Source: an uncultured delta proteobacterium (GTDB taxonomy: Bacteria > Desulfobacterota > Desulfomonilia > Desulfomonilales > Desulfomonilaceae). Taken from it: a DNA stretch of 64,000 nucleotides. Under the pieces are notes generated by a model. That model was not told where the DNA came from. It ran no database searches and saw nothing but the letters and a program-made list of their open reading frames with translations. The stretch is from NCBI GenBank assembly GCA_963789265.1, contig CAWBKB010000001.1:800001-864000 (forward strand). The letters run 5' to 3'. A program made the translations under genes and the position numbers. This document shows positions 1-11,189 of this stretch, piece after piece; within the stretch, counting starts at the first letter, position 1; each line of letters begins with the position of its first letter.

Positions 1-65
1 TGAAGCATTTTTCGCTGGGATGGTTCGTCATCTACGACGAGGATCTTTTCCTTAATATCTGTCAT
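1..65 (-). CDS. Response regulator, N-terminal fragment (ZraR/AtoC/NtrC-like receiver), runs off the window start
   Basis: Manual translation MTDIKEKILVVDDEPSQRKML (receiver ILVVDDE motif); lies directly downstream of the sensor kinase. Confidence 0.85.
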   Translation of the reverse strand, partial: MTDIKEKILVVDDEPSQRKML

Positions 66-124
66 TGAATTCCCTATGTACGAATATGAGCGCGGGTCGA
101 AGCCGGATGAATGAGCGACAGCGC

Positions 125-1946
125 TCAGATAGGAGAGGCTGCATCCGGTGATCTGCCCAAGTTCACGGTGGTCTCTTGGATTTCATTTTGATTGGACGCT
201 CGATACGCGGCCAGCGTAACAATGAACCGACTTCCCTTGCCCTTTTCCGACTCTACCTCGATCTCTCCATCGTGCCCTTGGATAATGCTCTTGACAATAG
301 CCAATCCCAAACCCGTCCCCTTCTTCTTGGTCGTAAAGAAAGGATCAAAGAGCTTGTCGAGATCTTCACGCGGGATTCCGCCGCCGGTGTCTTCTACGGC
401 TATCTGCACGCGGCCCTTGCCGTCGCTCTCATGGCCCACGATCACCTTTCCACCCTTGGGAGTTGCCTCGATGGCGTTGATGAGAATGTTGAGGAAGACC
501 TGGGTCATCTGATCAGTATCCATCATGACAAGCGGAAGATCGTTTCCACAGGGGTTCCGAACCAGTTCCACCCCTGCCTCCGCCGCCTCCCGTTCCACCA
601 CTCGGATACAGTGATCCAGGATTTCATCGGGAGATCTGATGCCTAAGCGGGGTTCACGAGGTTTGGAATAAGCAAGAAGTTTGGAAATCACTCTGTTCAG
701 GCGATCAACTTCCGTGAGCATCAAATCCGTATAACGATAATCCTCTACATCAAGTGGAAGCTTCTTCTGAAAGTACTGTATGAAACCGCGGATTGAATTG
801 AGTGGATTGCGTATCTCATGAGCCACTCCCGCAGAGAGACGGCCCAGCGCCGCGAACTTTTCGCTCACGATAACTTTCTGTTCCAGTTCGCGAATCAGCG
901 TGAGATCCCTTAGGATTACCACGGCTCCGCGAGTGATCGAGGATTCCGGATCTTTGAGCGGTGAGACTGAAACGCCTACAAAGCTTTTGCCTTTCCCTTC
1001 AGTGGACAGCTTTACTTCTTTCTCCAGAACCGCGTCGGTATCCGACAAAACGCGCCTGATCTCGTCGTCAATGGGCAAGAGTTCTGAAATCGGACGTCCC
1101 TCCACCTCTTCCTTGGGCTTCCTGAGAATTTCGAGCGCCGTGGGATTGAAGGTTGCCACCCTCAGAGAGCGATCGACCGATATAAGCCCATTTGCCATGC
1201 TCTCCAGGACGTTTCGCGTATAGGTCCGCATTTCGTCGAGAGTGCGACGAACCAGATACGCGTTCTGGACCACGAAAATGAAATATACACTGGCAGACCC
1301 GATAACAAAAAGCACGGCTCCCATAAATATCGCAAAAAGTACGTCCTGATGCTGGATCTGCTTGAAACGGTCCATTTTTAAACCAAGGAACAGGACCTGC
1401 TTTTGCTGGCGGTCAAATACATCCAACAACTCTTTGCCTATACGTGTGTGGCGGGCAATAAGATCCTTCTGGGCAATTTGATCCGGGAATGGGGTGAAAG
1501 GCTTCCAGATTTCGAATATCTGTCGTCCGTCCGGCAACCCCCGCTTGAAGGAAAGTGGTTCCCCGGTGCGTATCACTGTGTTGACCACATTCATTTCACT
1601 TCCCATCAAGAGGCGGAGGCCGATCTTGGCCGGTTCGCTGTGCGCGATGATGACTCCGTCGCTGTTGATGAGACCTACCCATTCGACGTCAGGATCTTTC
1701 GCCGCCTGTTCGATGAGCATCTGAAGATGTTCGATACCCCAGTCGCCTTCCATAAATCCCGTACCAGGTACCTGCCTCCAATGTACGTATGACTGAAACT
1801 CCCTGTCGGATGGTAAACTCTTCCATGCGCTCATTCTGGGTATTTATGTTGCGAAGGGTAAAGAGGATGACGATCACAAGAAGGATCCCCGCCACCAGCA
1901 CGATGGACAAAACGGGGAGATATTTTAAAAATACCCTGGACTTCAT
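125..1946 (-). CDS. Membrane PAS sensor histidine kinase (ZraS/HydH-like), +1 frameshift near 1765
   Basis: N-terminal TM ...IRTLEAGT in ORF 1689-1973 continues as TGFMEGDWG in ORF 125-1834; second TM, PAS, H-box AHEIRNPL, N-box, DTGGG, GTGLGL. Confidence 0.85.
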
Positions 1947-2464
1947 CTTATTCGGTCCGCGAGCGCGAATCACCTTTCATTCCGAACCCGCATAAGCGAG
2001 AATGCGCGCCGAAGCAGCGACATCACAAAATGAGACAATTGGGTGCGTCAGCGGATTTTTCTCCGAGGTCGGCGCGATTTGATCTTGGCGAATAACGGCC
2101 ATGATACGACCCGTGATTCGGGGTGTCCCGCAAGAGGACTATTGAAGTTTTACCATCTTCCGCGCCAACCTTCAACCTGCATACTCGAACCTACCGGACC
2201 GAGCGGAGTCTATAGGTGTGGGTACCACGGAGAACGGAAAGTTATCTTAATTTGGTCCGGGCACCAAAAGTGGTTGAAAATCTACCGGAAGTGTGTTAAG
2301 CATACACATTAGCAAGTGGGGTTAACTGACAAAACATATTAGTTAATTCTGTATTGCTGGTGTAAGTTTTCCCCGGCATGCCGAACTTCAAGCCCGGATT
2401 TACATCCGTTAGGCTCGCACAAGAGGCGAATCAACCATCCCAAGCAGATTGAGACGAGCAGCCC

Positions 2465-3074
2465 ATGATCCAAACCAATGCTGACGTGCCTGAAATCTCT
2501 TTGGTTGCCAAAGGACGCGAATTCCTGGAGAAAGGGGATATTCCTGCCGCCTTGGAATGTTACAGGCAGGTTTACGACCCTGATGCGCTCGATGAGACCG
2601 AAGCCCGCAACATGTTAATCGAAGCCCGCGCTCACCTTTCTCGTAAGCACCTTCTGGAGGCCCTGGAAAGCTTCGAGGAGGCGCTGATGATGGGGACGGA
2701 CGTCCAACGGCGGCAGGCCTTGGACGGGATATCTGCTCTCGGGGAAATCAGGGTCGGCCTGCGTTCCCTGACGGCGAGCCTGAAAAAGGGACTCAAAGAA
2801 GTCTTCGGCCAGCAAAGACTGAGTTCATGGGGAATCGCTCTCATTTCGGATGGAGAAAACTTTGTTCTTATCTCCGAGGAAGCTGTTCAGAGTCTGCCGG
2901 CTTCTCTGGCAAAGGTAGGGAGGATTAGTCGGCTTCCCTCACATCTGGCGGATTATCAATTACCCTTTGAGACGAATAAGTGTATCCCGTACGTGAATGA
3001 AGATGACGTACGGTTCGATTCTCGATGTGGCCGCGGCTCTGAGGGATTCACGACAGCCTGCGCGAACCCTGTGA
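2465..3074 (+). CDS. Hypothetical protein with TPR-like helical N-terminus; probable +1 frameshift near 3017
   Basis: ORF 2465-3169 runs into a REP; removing one base after VRF gives ILDVAAALRDSRQPARTL-stop at 3074. Confidence 0.55.
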
Positions 3075-3107
3075 AGGGGGCAGTGGCTTTCCCGGCGGAG
3101 CAGTTTG

Positions 3108-3212
3108 GTAGGGGCGGGTTTCAAACCCGCCCCTACATGTTGTCATGCCTGTGCATGCGGGCAATGTAGGAGCGACCGGCGGTCGCCCAGGGCGAATGCC
3201 ATTCGCCCCTAC
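3108..3212. repeat. Cluster of GTAG-type REP palindromes
   Basis: GTAGGGGCGGGTTTCAAACCCGCCCCTAC (3108-3136) and GTAGGAGCGACC...ATTCGCCCCTAC (3166-3212); similar composite at 33908. Confidence 0.85.
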
Positions 3213-3482
3213 AGGCCCCGGATCGAAGTCCGGGTCGATCTCGCGTTCCGCGCGGGATGCCTCACCATATCCTCGCCGGGATTGTTACTCCTTTGCCGGT
3301 GCATCGGTCTCACGTCATGTTCTTGGGCATGGAGGCCGTGGCGCGATTCCCGCGCCAACTTGAATTCGAGCGCGCTATTTCGACGCTCTCCCGCCAGGCC
3401 TGTCTGGCAGCCTTGACAGTGGCTCGATAATTAATTACATCTGTGCCACCCGACGATGGGCCGATGATTATACTTTATTGAT

Positions 3483-3929
3483 ATGAGGCAGCCTTCTTTG
3501 CGCATTCTTGGTTTGGACTTAGGATCGAAGAGAATCGGAATCGCACTCAGTGACGAATTGGGATTCACTGCTCAGGGAATGGAGACGCTGGTCTGTGGCA
3601 CCTTGGAAGAGGACGTCGATCGTATCGTGGAGCTTGCCACCAAACATGGAGTTCAAGAAATTGTGGTGGGGATGCCATACAATATGGACGGGAGTGAGGG
3701 GCCACAGGTCCGCAAGGTACGAGCATTTATGGAACTCATCAGCCGGCGGTTAAATATCCCCCTGCGTGAGTGGGATGAACGGCTGTCAACCGTGGCCGCG
3801 GAACGGACTTTGTTGGAAGCTGACATGAGCCGTTCGAAGCGCCGTAAGGTAATCGACAAGCTTGCCGCGGTTATAATTCTCCAGGGCTATCTGGATAGCC
3901 AATATTCCAGGGGAATGTCTCGATCATGA
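3483..3929 (+). CDS. ruvX: YqgF/RuvX family pre-16S rRNA nuclease / putative Holliday junction resolvase
   Basis: LGLDLGSKRIGIA, WDERLST and DKLAAVIILQ motifs. Confidence 0.95.
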   Translation: MRQPSLRILGLDLGSKRIGIALSDELGFTAQGMETLVCGTLEEDVDRIVELATKHGVQEIVVGMPYNMDGSEGPQVRKVRAFMELISRRLNIPLREWDERLSTVAAERTLLEADMSRSKRRKVIDKLAAVIILQGYLDSQYSRGMSRS

Positions 3930-4988
3930 GATCTCCGATTATTTCTGCGATAAAGATTGTGGTGGTCGTCTCGGTCCTGACAGGGTTGGGTGTCGCGGGG
4001 TACTGGGCTTATTCTCGACTGCCCGGCCTTCTTAATGAGTTGGCCTCGCCTCAAACCAAGGCTCCAACGCCCGCGGGCAAGGAAGTGATAGTAACAATTC
4101 CCAAGGGGGCTTCCCTTTCTCAGGTAGGGACTATTCTGCAGGCGAACGGGATAATCTCGAGCAGGCTTTTGTTCAAACTCGTGGCAATGATCCGCGGTGA
4201 GCAGCGCAAGATCAAGGCGGGGGACTATGCCCTGAAAACCGGTAGCGACGCCGGGGACGTGCTGGATCAGTTAATCTCCGGCAAAACCTTTGTGATTTCA
4301 CTCACCATTCCCGAAGGCTACAACATATTCCAGGTCGCCGATCTGTTTGAGAAAGCCGAGATAATGTCCAGAAATGACTTCGTGAATGTGGCTTGCGACG
4401 CTGCCTTCCTCAAAGAATTGGGAGTAGAAGGGACTTCTTTAGAAGGGTACCTTTTCCCGGATACATACTTCCTTCGGCCGTCGGAGATGAGTGATGGGAA
4501 GCTGATCATTCGCAAAATGGTGCAGAGGTTCCATGAAGTGTACGACAATTACGCGCGGGCAAAAGCCGAAGAGAAAGGGTGGACGACTCTCCAGGTGGTT
4601 ACGTTGGCCTCGCTCATAGAAAAGGAAGCCAAGCCGTCGGAGCACCGTCTTGTTTCCGCTGTATTTCACAACCGTTTACGCCACAACATGCGTCTCCAAT
4701 CAGATCCGACGGTCATCTACGGGATCAAGCCCATGGGTTCAAAGATCACGCGTGAGGATCTAAACCGGAAACAACCGTACAACACTTATCAGATCCTGGG
4801 GCTCCCCCCCGGCCCTATCGCGAATCCCGGCAAGGAATCTCTTATCGGCGCGGTAAATCCTGCCGACGTTGATTATCTCTACTTCGTCGCCAAAAATGAC
4901 GGAACGCATCAGTTTCTCATCGAGTCTTCAAGAGCACAACCGCTGGGTCAACCTTTACCAGCGGCAGTCCCGCCATATTGTTCGCTGA
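3926..4988 (+). CDS. mltG: Endolytic transglycosylase MltG (YceG), +1 frameshift near 4913
   Basis: N-terminal TM, LEGYLFPDTY, ASLIEKE, LQSDPT, GLPPGPIANPG, YLYFVA; shifted frame gives the expected HQF-SSSLQEHNRWV..-stop at 4988. Confidence 0.9.
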
Positions 4989-4996
4989 GTCGATTC

Positions 4997-5269
4997 TTAG
5001 AAGTTGTTCTCCATATTCCAGGGCTGCTGCCTTTTCTTTTGCCACTCATCCCATTTTGTTCTCGCTTCGCTGGGAGGCGGCACAAGGTTGGAGAGGGTTT
5101 TAAGCCCCGGAATGTGTCGTGAAGCCCAGCTCTCCTCGTCGGCGTCCAACGCGGACTTTCCAGCGTCAAACCCTGCCTTTATCGGGCTTCCGGTATGCAA
5201 GGCTGAACATGAGGCAAGGAGGGTGACAGCGAAGAACATTGTGAGGCAGCACGCTGAAATCCATTTCAT
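4997..5269 (-). CDS. Small putative lipoprotein
   Basis: MKW plus hydrophobic stretch plus LASC lipobox. Confidence 0.6.
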   Translation of the reverse strand: MKWISACCLTMFFAVTLLASCSALHTGSPIKAGFDAGKSALDADEESWASRHIPGLKTLSNLVPPPSEARTKWDEWQKKRQQPWNMENNF

Positions 5270-5560
5270 TAAAATTACCTCTGTTGGCAATTAGTTGATG
5301 CGCTACAGCCAACCCGAGGCGGGCTTATATCTCTTATTGTTTATCATCACAAGAAATTTATGGCGTACCTAAAAAAAATTATCAATCCCATGTACCTAAC
5401 TTCCGGTGCCCCATGATTCGTCTAAGAATATATTGGAAGTTGGGGAAAAAAAAGCCTTATGATGGGAGCAAAAGACGAAAGAACTCTATCCCGGGCGGTT
5501 ACGACTGACGTGCAATAGAAGGCCGAAATAAGGCAACTCGACAGGCCGCCGCTTATATGC

Positions 5561-6073
5561 TCACTTAGATTCGAACCTCTCGCGATCGGTGTTCGCTTCT
5601 TCACCGGCCCCCAACCACTTTTCCATTACCAATGCGTCATCCTTTGAGGCAGCGTAGTACTGTTTTCGAAATCCGATGGAGCGAAAACCTATTCTCCGGT
5701 AGAGCCGTCTGGCGGGTAGATTGCGTCTGCCCACTTCCAGAATGAGGCGCTTGACTCCCTTCTGCAAACACCAGAATTCCAGATATGCCAAAATTGCCGT
5801 GCCGTGGCCTCTGCCCCGTTGTTCAGGATGCACTGCTATGTTCATGATATGAGCCTCATCCAAAACCACCCAGAAACAGATGTACCCGACCATTTTCCCC
5901 TCCAGTCGGAAGACCAGGAGTCGTGCATTGCGGTTGCCCAACTCTTCCAGGAACATGTCTCTTGACCACGGGCTGGTAAAAGAAGCCTTTTCTATGGCTA
6001 ACACATCCTCCAGGTCTGATAGCTGCATCTGCACTGGCTGTAGGGGGGAGTTCAATCGCATCCTGTTGTCCAT
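5561..6073 (-). CDS. rimI: Ribosomal protein S18 alanine N-acetyltransferase
   Basis: IEKASFTSPWS, NIAVHPEQRGRGHG, RKQYY..DALVM. Confidence 0.9.
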   Translation of the reverse strand: MDNRMRLNSPLQPVQMQLSDLEDVLAIEKASFTSPWSRDMFLEELGNRNARLLVFRLEGKMVGYICFWVVLDEAHIMNIAVHPEQRGRGHGTAILAYLEFWCLQKGVKRLILEVGRRNLPARRLYRRIGFRSIGFRKQYYAASKDDALVMEKWLGAGEEANTDRERFESK

Positions 6074-6187
6074 TCAATTCGCTCGAAACAATGCTTTCTT
6101 GAATGTACTCCGGCGCAGGAAAAACGCAAGCTGAGCTTGAGGAAGTTGTATGCATTCAGTTACAGCCGGAATTTACGGGTGGCTTCG

Positions 6188-6260
6188 TAGGGTGGGCTTT
6201 CTAGCCCGCCATTGAACAGGGGTTTCCCCGGCAGGCTGTCCCGCGCCTCGCGGGACTGCC
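6188..6260. repeat. REP-like palindromes (GTAGGGTGGGC..GCCCGCC; CCCGCGCCTCGCGGG)
   Basis: GTAG-led hairpin; the second motif recurs inverted near 38778-38794. Confidence 0.55.
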
Positions 6261-6514
6261 CCACAAGACTGAATGGTTAGAAGAAGTTCCGGCAGGCGAG
6301 AAGAACCCGAGCCTTGCCGCCCACGCGAGTCGCAGGCTCACGGCAATCTAGGCGAGCAGACAGATGTTCCTTCAAGACCCGGTATTCCGCGGGTGACTCG
6401 TGCAAAGGATTATTCTTATGACTACGGGAATTTTGCGGATTTTAAACGGGAGAGAAAAGAGACTCTAAGGACCGTAGACCTCAACCGGCCGGTAATTAAG
6501 CCTAACGAGAGCCT

Positions 6515-6952
6515 TCAGCCTTGTTTTTCGCCTGCTGCTCGCTTAGCGAGCCTCTGTCTCAGGAATTCGCTTGCCAGATAGATATTCTCTTTGCCGGCTT
6601 CGGAAGCGATCTTCGCCAAAGCCCGAAGATCGTAGTCCGCTTTGCCGTTGATGGCCTTGATAATCATTGGGAGATTCAGACCGGTTACAACCTCGACTTT
6701 CCCGTCTTCCAGGAAGGAAAGTGATAAATTGGTAGGGGTCCCGCCGAAAAGATCGGTCAGAATGAGCACTCCGTTGCCACGATCAACGCTCTTGATGGAT
6801 TCGGCCACCTGATCCCGAAGCAGATCCGGCGAGTCAGTCGGATCAATGCCCAGAGCCAAGACGGATTCTTCCGAATTCAGCCCTATCAGGCGAGCCGTCG
6901 TGAGGAATTGTCGCCCAAGTTCTCCGTGAGTCAATAACAGGATTCCGATCAT
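6515..6952 (-). CDS. PTS mannose/fructose-family EIIA component
   Basis: GILLLTHG, LTDLFGGTP, TGLNLPM. Confidence 0.92.
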   Translation of the reverse strand: MIGILLLTHGELGRQFLTTARLIGLNSEESVLALGIDPTDSPDLLRDQVAESIKSVDRGNGVLILTDLFGGTPTNLSLSFLEDGKVEVVTGLNLPMIIKAINGKADYDLRALAKIASEAGKENIYLASEFLRQRLAKRAAGEKQG

Positions 6953-6988
6953 GATTGAGTTACCCGATAATAGGCGATTACAACCGAA

Positions 6989-7849
6989 TTACGGGGCTAA
7001 TTCCCTATGTCTGACCTCTACGCTGGTAAAACCGTTTCGCTTCAGGAGCTTGGCCACGTGCTCCGCCACCGCAACCGATCTGTGGCGTCCTCCTGTGCAT
7101 CCTATCGAAATAGTAAGGTACTGCTTACCCTCTCGTATGTAAAGAGGTAAAAGAAAAACTAACATATCCTCGAGTTTTTCCAGGAACCGCGTCGTTACCT
7201 CGTGTGAGAATACCCAGGAAGATACCTCGAAATTCCTTCCGTCCAACTGTTTGAGTTCTTCTACAAAATAGGGATTAGGAAGAAATCTGACATCGAGAAC
7301 CAGGTCAGATTCCATTGGCACGCCCCGTCCGTATCCGAATGAGGTGACCACAATTTTGAGCGCGTCGCTGCGGAGTGTCCCAAAGATCTTCTTTATCTCC
7401 TCGCGCAACTGGTGCACAGTCATGTCCGAAGTGTCCATTACCCAGTCGGCCGTCTCTTTTATTTCACTAAGTTGCAGGCGCTCTCTTTTGATCCCGTCGA
7501 TAGCATTTCCGGTAGGGGCCAATGGGTGCTGGCGTCGTGTCTCGCTGTAGCGGCGCACAAGAACTTCGTCCCTCGCATCCAGGAAGAGAATTTCCAGTGA
7601 GGTTCCTGAGAGTTCCAACGAGTTAAATATGGCCGAATATCGTGGAAAGAATTTCCTCTGGCGCAAATCTATTACGAGGGCCAGGCGGGACAGTTCGGTC
7701 GACTGCGAGTTTACCAGCTCCAACAGTTTGGGGAGGAGATCAACGGGAAGGTTGTCTACGCAAAAGAAGCCGGCATCTTCAAGAGTGTGTGCTACGGTGG
7801 ATTTGCCGGATCCGGACATGCCCGTGACTATAACGACTTTTCTTTGCAT
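6989..7849 (-). CDS. rapZ: RNase adapter RapZ (YhbJ/YvcJ) P-loop protein
   Basis: TGMSGSGKS, CVDNLP, RRYSETRR.HP, DVRFLPNP, GCTGGRHRSV; ATG overlaps the upstream stop (TAATG). Confidence 0.95.
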   Translation of the reverse strand: MQRKVVIVTGMSGSGKSTVAHTLEDAGFFCVDNLPVDLLPKLLELVNSQSTELSRLALVIDLRQRKFFPRYSAIFNSLELSGTSLEILFLDARDEVLVRRYSETRRQHPLAPTGNAIDGIKRERLQLSEIKETADWVMDTSDMTVHQLREEIKKIFGTLRSDALKIVVTSFGYGRGVPMESDLVLDVRFLPNPYFVEELKQLDGRNFEVSSWVFSHEVTTRFLEKLEDMLVFLLPLYIREGKQYLTISIGCTGGRHRSVAVAEHVAKLLKRNGFTSVEVRHRELAP

Positions 7850-8340
7850 TAAGGTGTGACCGTTCCGCTTTCTCTGAAATGCCATGCCAGAAGCTCGATC
7901 AGAAGTCCGGGGTCCACTCCGGTCGGCACCGGTACACGCACCGTCAAAAGGTCGTGTTCCAGTATGCGGAACCTCCCCGTTTCAGGGACAATCCGGCCCG
8001 CATCTGTGGGATGGTCATAGGTGTCCAGATCAACTATAAAGTCTATGGGTGCCGACGAAGCCACTGCATCGCGAAACAGGGTGTGGGCTGGAAAGACTCC
8101 CAAACCCCTAACTTCGATGCGAACTTCCTGTTCCACGGATCTGCCTATTGGCACCCCTTGGGGACCCCGGACCACTTCAACGAGATCATCCGATATCAGG
8201 CTGTGCCCCCGCCGCATAAGGCTGAGCGCTGCAAGCGATTTTCCCACTCCGGAGTGCCCGCGGATAAGCACCCCCACGCCGTGGACCTTTACCAGGACAC
8301 CTCTTATCTTCCTTTCATCCATTGCTTCGTTACATACCAT
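7849..8340 (-). CDS. hprK: HPr kinase/phosphorylase, short form (catalytic domain only)
   Basis: GVLI.GHSGVGKS Walker A, LISDD, IEVRGLG signature; 163 aa. Confidence 0.8.
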   Translation of the reverse strand: MVCNEAMDERKIRGVLVKVHGVGVLIRGHSGVGKSLAALSLMRRGHSLISDDLVEVVRGPQGVPIGRSVEQEVRIEVRGLGVFPAHTLFRDAVASSAPIDFIVDLDTYDHPTDAGRIVPETGRFRILEHDLLTVRVPVPTGVDPGLLIELLAWHFRESGTVTP

Positions 8341-8456
8341 GCCCCGCCGAGCCGATCAATTGCAAGCCCACGGCAAATGGTGTACAAACACATTGACATC
8401 CGTTGTTATATATTATAATGTTCATATCTATATTTAAGAATAAGGGCGGAGGCCAA

Positions 8457-9119
8457 ATGAGATCCTCGCATATCAATTCAGCACACAAATTCTTTGTATT
8501 CGCATTGTTCGCCTTCTTCTTCTCAGGAACCGCATTCGCTTCTGACCTTGCCTCGGACGCAAACATTTTTATGTACCCTAAGCCGTTCAAAATTGCGGAT
8601 CTAAGATTACAGAATACTTCAGGCCAAATGGTATCTTTGGCTGATTTCAAAGGAAAGGTAGTACTTCTACATTTCTGGTCCATCCGATGCCCTGCCTGCC
8701 GTATGGAAGAGCCGCTTCTCCGCGCGGTCAAGAAGAATTATGGGCCGGCCGGCCTCGAAATCCTGTGGGTTGATCTGGTCGATCCACCTCAGGCCGTCGC
8801 GGAGCACGCTGCGACTAACAGGATGCCGATCCCGGTCCTCCACGGGAGCAGTCATGGGGCTAGTTTAAGGGTGGTAAACGTCGGCAGCAAGACTACAGCT
8901 TTCGTGGTAAATCTGGCAATGGAGGCTATCCTTGAAGTTCCGGCCTTTCCGACTACCTACATCATAGACTGCACGGGGAGCGCTGTCGGGTACAGCGTCG
9001 GCAGTGCCAGGTGGAATGACAAGAGTGCCGTCGGACTTATTCAGGCGCTGCTTGCGCAGAGGAAAACCTGTGCCTCTAACAGTTTCATGCCTGTACAAAA
9101 GCGGTACTCGATGCGGTAG
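8457..9119 (+). CDS. Exported TlpA/ResA-like thiol-disulfide oxidoreductase
   Basis: Signal peptide, GKVVLLHFWSIRCPAC..E, FPTTYIID. Confidence 0.85.
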   Translation: MRSSHINSAHKFFVFALFAFFFSGTAFASDLASDANIFMYPKPFKIADLRLQNTSGQMVSLADFKGKVVLLHFWSIRCPACRMEEPLLRAVKKNYGPAGLEILWVDLVDPPQAVAEHAATNRMPIPVLHGSSHGASLRVVNVGSKTTAFVVNLAMEAILEVPAFPTTYIIDCTGSAVGYSVGSARWNDKSAVGLIQALLAQRKTCASNSFMPVQKRYSMR

Positions 9120-9300
9120 CTCTTTGGTGTTATGTTCTGAAACGATACTACGGTTGCTCTTCCATTGGCGCGTATGGGACCAGGAGGAAGCTCTGTAACG
9201 CGAGGGCCGGATCGGCTCTTGTATATCACTCATTGGGTTGATCCTCCTTGTTTTCGCTTGACTTTTCTTTGACGCATTGCTAGCGTCTAGCGCGGACAGA

Positions 9301-9375
9301 AGGCGCGTAGCTCAGGGGGAGAGCATCACCTTGACGCGGTGAGGGTTTGGGGTTCAAATCCCCACGCGCCTACCA
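9301..9375 (+). tRNA. tRNA-Val (GAC)
   Basis: Acceptor AGGCGCG/CGCGCCT, anticodon arm TCACC-TTGACGC-GGTGA, T-loop GTTCAAATC, encoded CCA. Confidence 0.97.
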
Positions 9376-9723
9376 ATCTAGGCAGAAGAGAGTTTTCCTT
9401 AGGAAAACTCCCCTCAAAGAGGAGGAGGGATATCGATTCGATGGCATTTAACGGGTTGTGGGACACACCCTCCGCCTTTGAAGCGAATCTTTTGAGAGCA
9501 TGAAGCCCTCCATCAAGATTCAGGTCCAAGGCACAAAGTTTTACCCGCCTGGCATCATTCCCGGAGAAATTCTAACGGAGCCGTCTGCTTCAGGTCTTCA
9601 GTGGGGCCACGCTCATCGTCTTTCTAAGAACTGTTATCGCAGGTTCCGGAAAAAGTTGATAGACATGTTTAGCAAAATGCGGCGTTTGTCCGCAGAATGG
9701 TTCTTTTTAAGGGGGCTTTTTAC

Positions 9724-10260
9724 ATGAAAGGTAGACCAAGAGGTCCCGTTGTGGCGGAACCTAAGGTCAGGGTGAACCAGAGGATACGAGCTGCGAAAGT
9801 GCGGGTAATTTCCCCGGATGGAGAGCAGCTTGGAATCCTGGAAGTTCCGGAAGCTCTTGCCAAGTCTGAAGAATTCGGCCTTGATCTCGTCGAAGTTGCT
9901 CCCAACGTGGATCCTCCCGTGTGCAAGATCATGGACTACGGGAAATATCGATATGAGGAGAGCAAGAAAGAACACGAGAGAAAGAAAAAGCAAGCCACAG
10001 TCGTGCTGAAGGAGATCAAGCTGAGGCCCAAGACTGAAGAGCATGATTTGGATTACAAGGTTAAAAGGCTCAAGCGCTTTCTTGCCGACGACTGCAAGGT
10101 TAAAGTCACCATCATGTTTCGGGGGCGGGAAATAACTCATCCCGAGCAAGCCCGTTTGCTAATGGATCGAGTCCTTGAAAAGGTCGGTGAAGAAGCGCAA
10201 GTGGAGCAGTCGGCTAAATTTGAGGGGAGGAACATGACGCTTGTCCTTGCCCCCAAATGA
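9724..10260 (+). CDS. infC: Translation initiation factor IF-3
   Basis: RVNQRIRA..VRVI, LDLVEVAP..PPVCKIMDYGK, KVTIMFRGRE, EGRNM. Confidence 0.97.
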   Translation: MKGRPRGPVVAEPKVRVNQRIRAAKVRVISPDGEQLGILEVPEALAKSEEFGLDLVEVAPNVDPPVCKIMDYGKYRYEESKKEHERKKKQATVVLKEIKLRPKTEEHDLDYKVKRLKRFLADDCKVKVTIMFRGREITHPEQARLLMDRVLEKVGEEAQVEQSAKFEGRNMTLVLAPK

Positions 10261-10483
10261 GCCCGAAGCTTTCTGATGCCGATTTTCAAGGGCTTCCACT
10301 TTCGATCTTCAAGATTTTGTCCCGGGTCTGTTACTTTTGTTCGGGTGGGGGCCTAAAATGCAGCCGGCATGAGGACAAGATCCGACTAATTGCATGTGGC
10401 CGATGGGGATCTGTTTATTGCTTCGATCTGAAATAGGTCTAACTGGGACTAGAATGTGATTTCGAGTCCATGGCAGCCAGGCG

Positions 10484-10885
10484 GTGACGCAGATGCCCTT
10501 TGACGAGAAGAGAAAATTTACACGTGTACTTTTCGAGACAGCAATCAAAGTCACCGCCGGCCCAACGGTCATAGTCTCCAATCGCTTACGAGATATCAGC
10601 CTCGGTGGGGCTTTCGTGTTCACATCTAGTAATGCATTGGCGGAAAGGGCGTCATGTGTCTTGGAGATAGAGTTAATAGGTCGCGCCAGTCTCTTGCGGG
10701 TACAAGTGGAAGGCGAAGTTGTGAGGGTCGATCGGGAGGGGATCGCGGTAAAATTCACGAAGATCGACCTTGACAGCCTTGTGCATCTTCGTCACATGGT
10801 CAGGATACACGCACGTGATCCGCAATTGGTGGATGAGGAGTACGCCACGGCCCTGCTGGAGCTTGACTCGGATCAAACGCATTAA
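10484..10885 (+). CDS. PilZ domain c-di-GMP-binding protein
   Basis: EKRKFTR (RxxxR) and DISLGG motifs. Confidence 0.9.
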   Translation: MTQMPFDEKRKFTRVLFETAIKVTAGPTVIVSNRLRDISLGGAFVFTSSNALAERASCVLEIELIGRASLLRVQVEGEVVRVDREGIAVKFTKIDLDSLVHLRHMVRIHARDPQLVDEEYATALLELDSDQTH

Positions 10886-11189
10886 GAGGTTGTAGTGTGG
10901 TGCCTTTTCTCGCGAAACTTTTCAGAATTCCGGCCGCGGTGGTCCGAGTAAAATCTAACTTGACCGACACTTCGATATCATTTATGCTTGAACCGGTTGT
11001 TTGGTAGTAGGCTGCGTTCGAATCCGGGGCTGATTCACCGACGTAAGGAGCCCCTTTTACCCTGCTTCTCCCGGTGCCGTAGACAATTACCAATCTTTTT
11101 TGGGGGTTGGGGCATGGCGTACGTTGGAACTTGGCGCAAACCTCAACGCGCTTCACCACCAATTTAGTAACAAATGAGGAATCTCATCA

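Noticed and set aside
9376..9720. Integrated element at tRNA-Val
   Set aside because: No integrase and no duplicated tRNA 3' end seen in the window
9500..9727. 75-aa ORF as a thrS remnant
   Set aside because: Only vague resemblance to a TGS-domain start; not supportable by eye
10985..11045. GTTCGAATCC T-loop-like motif as a tRNA or att-site remnant
   Set aside because: No T-stem, anticodon arm or acceptor stem could be built
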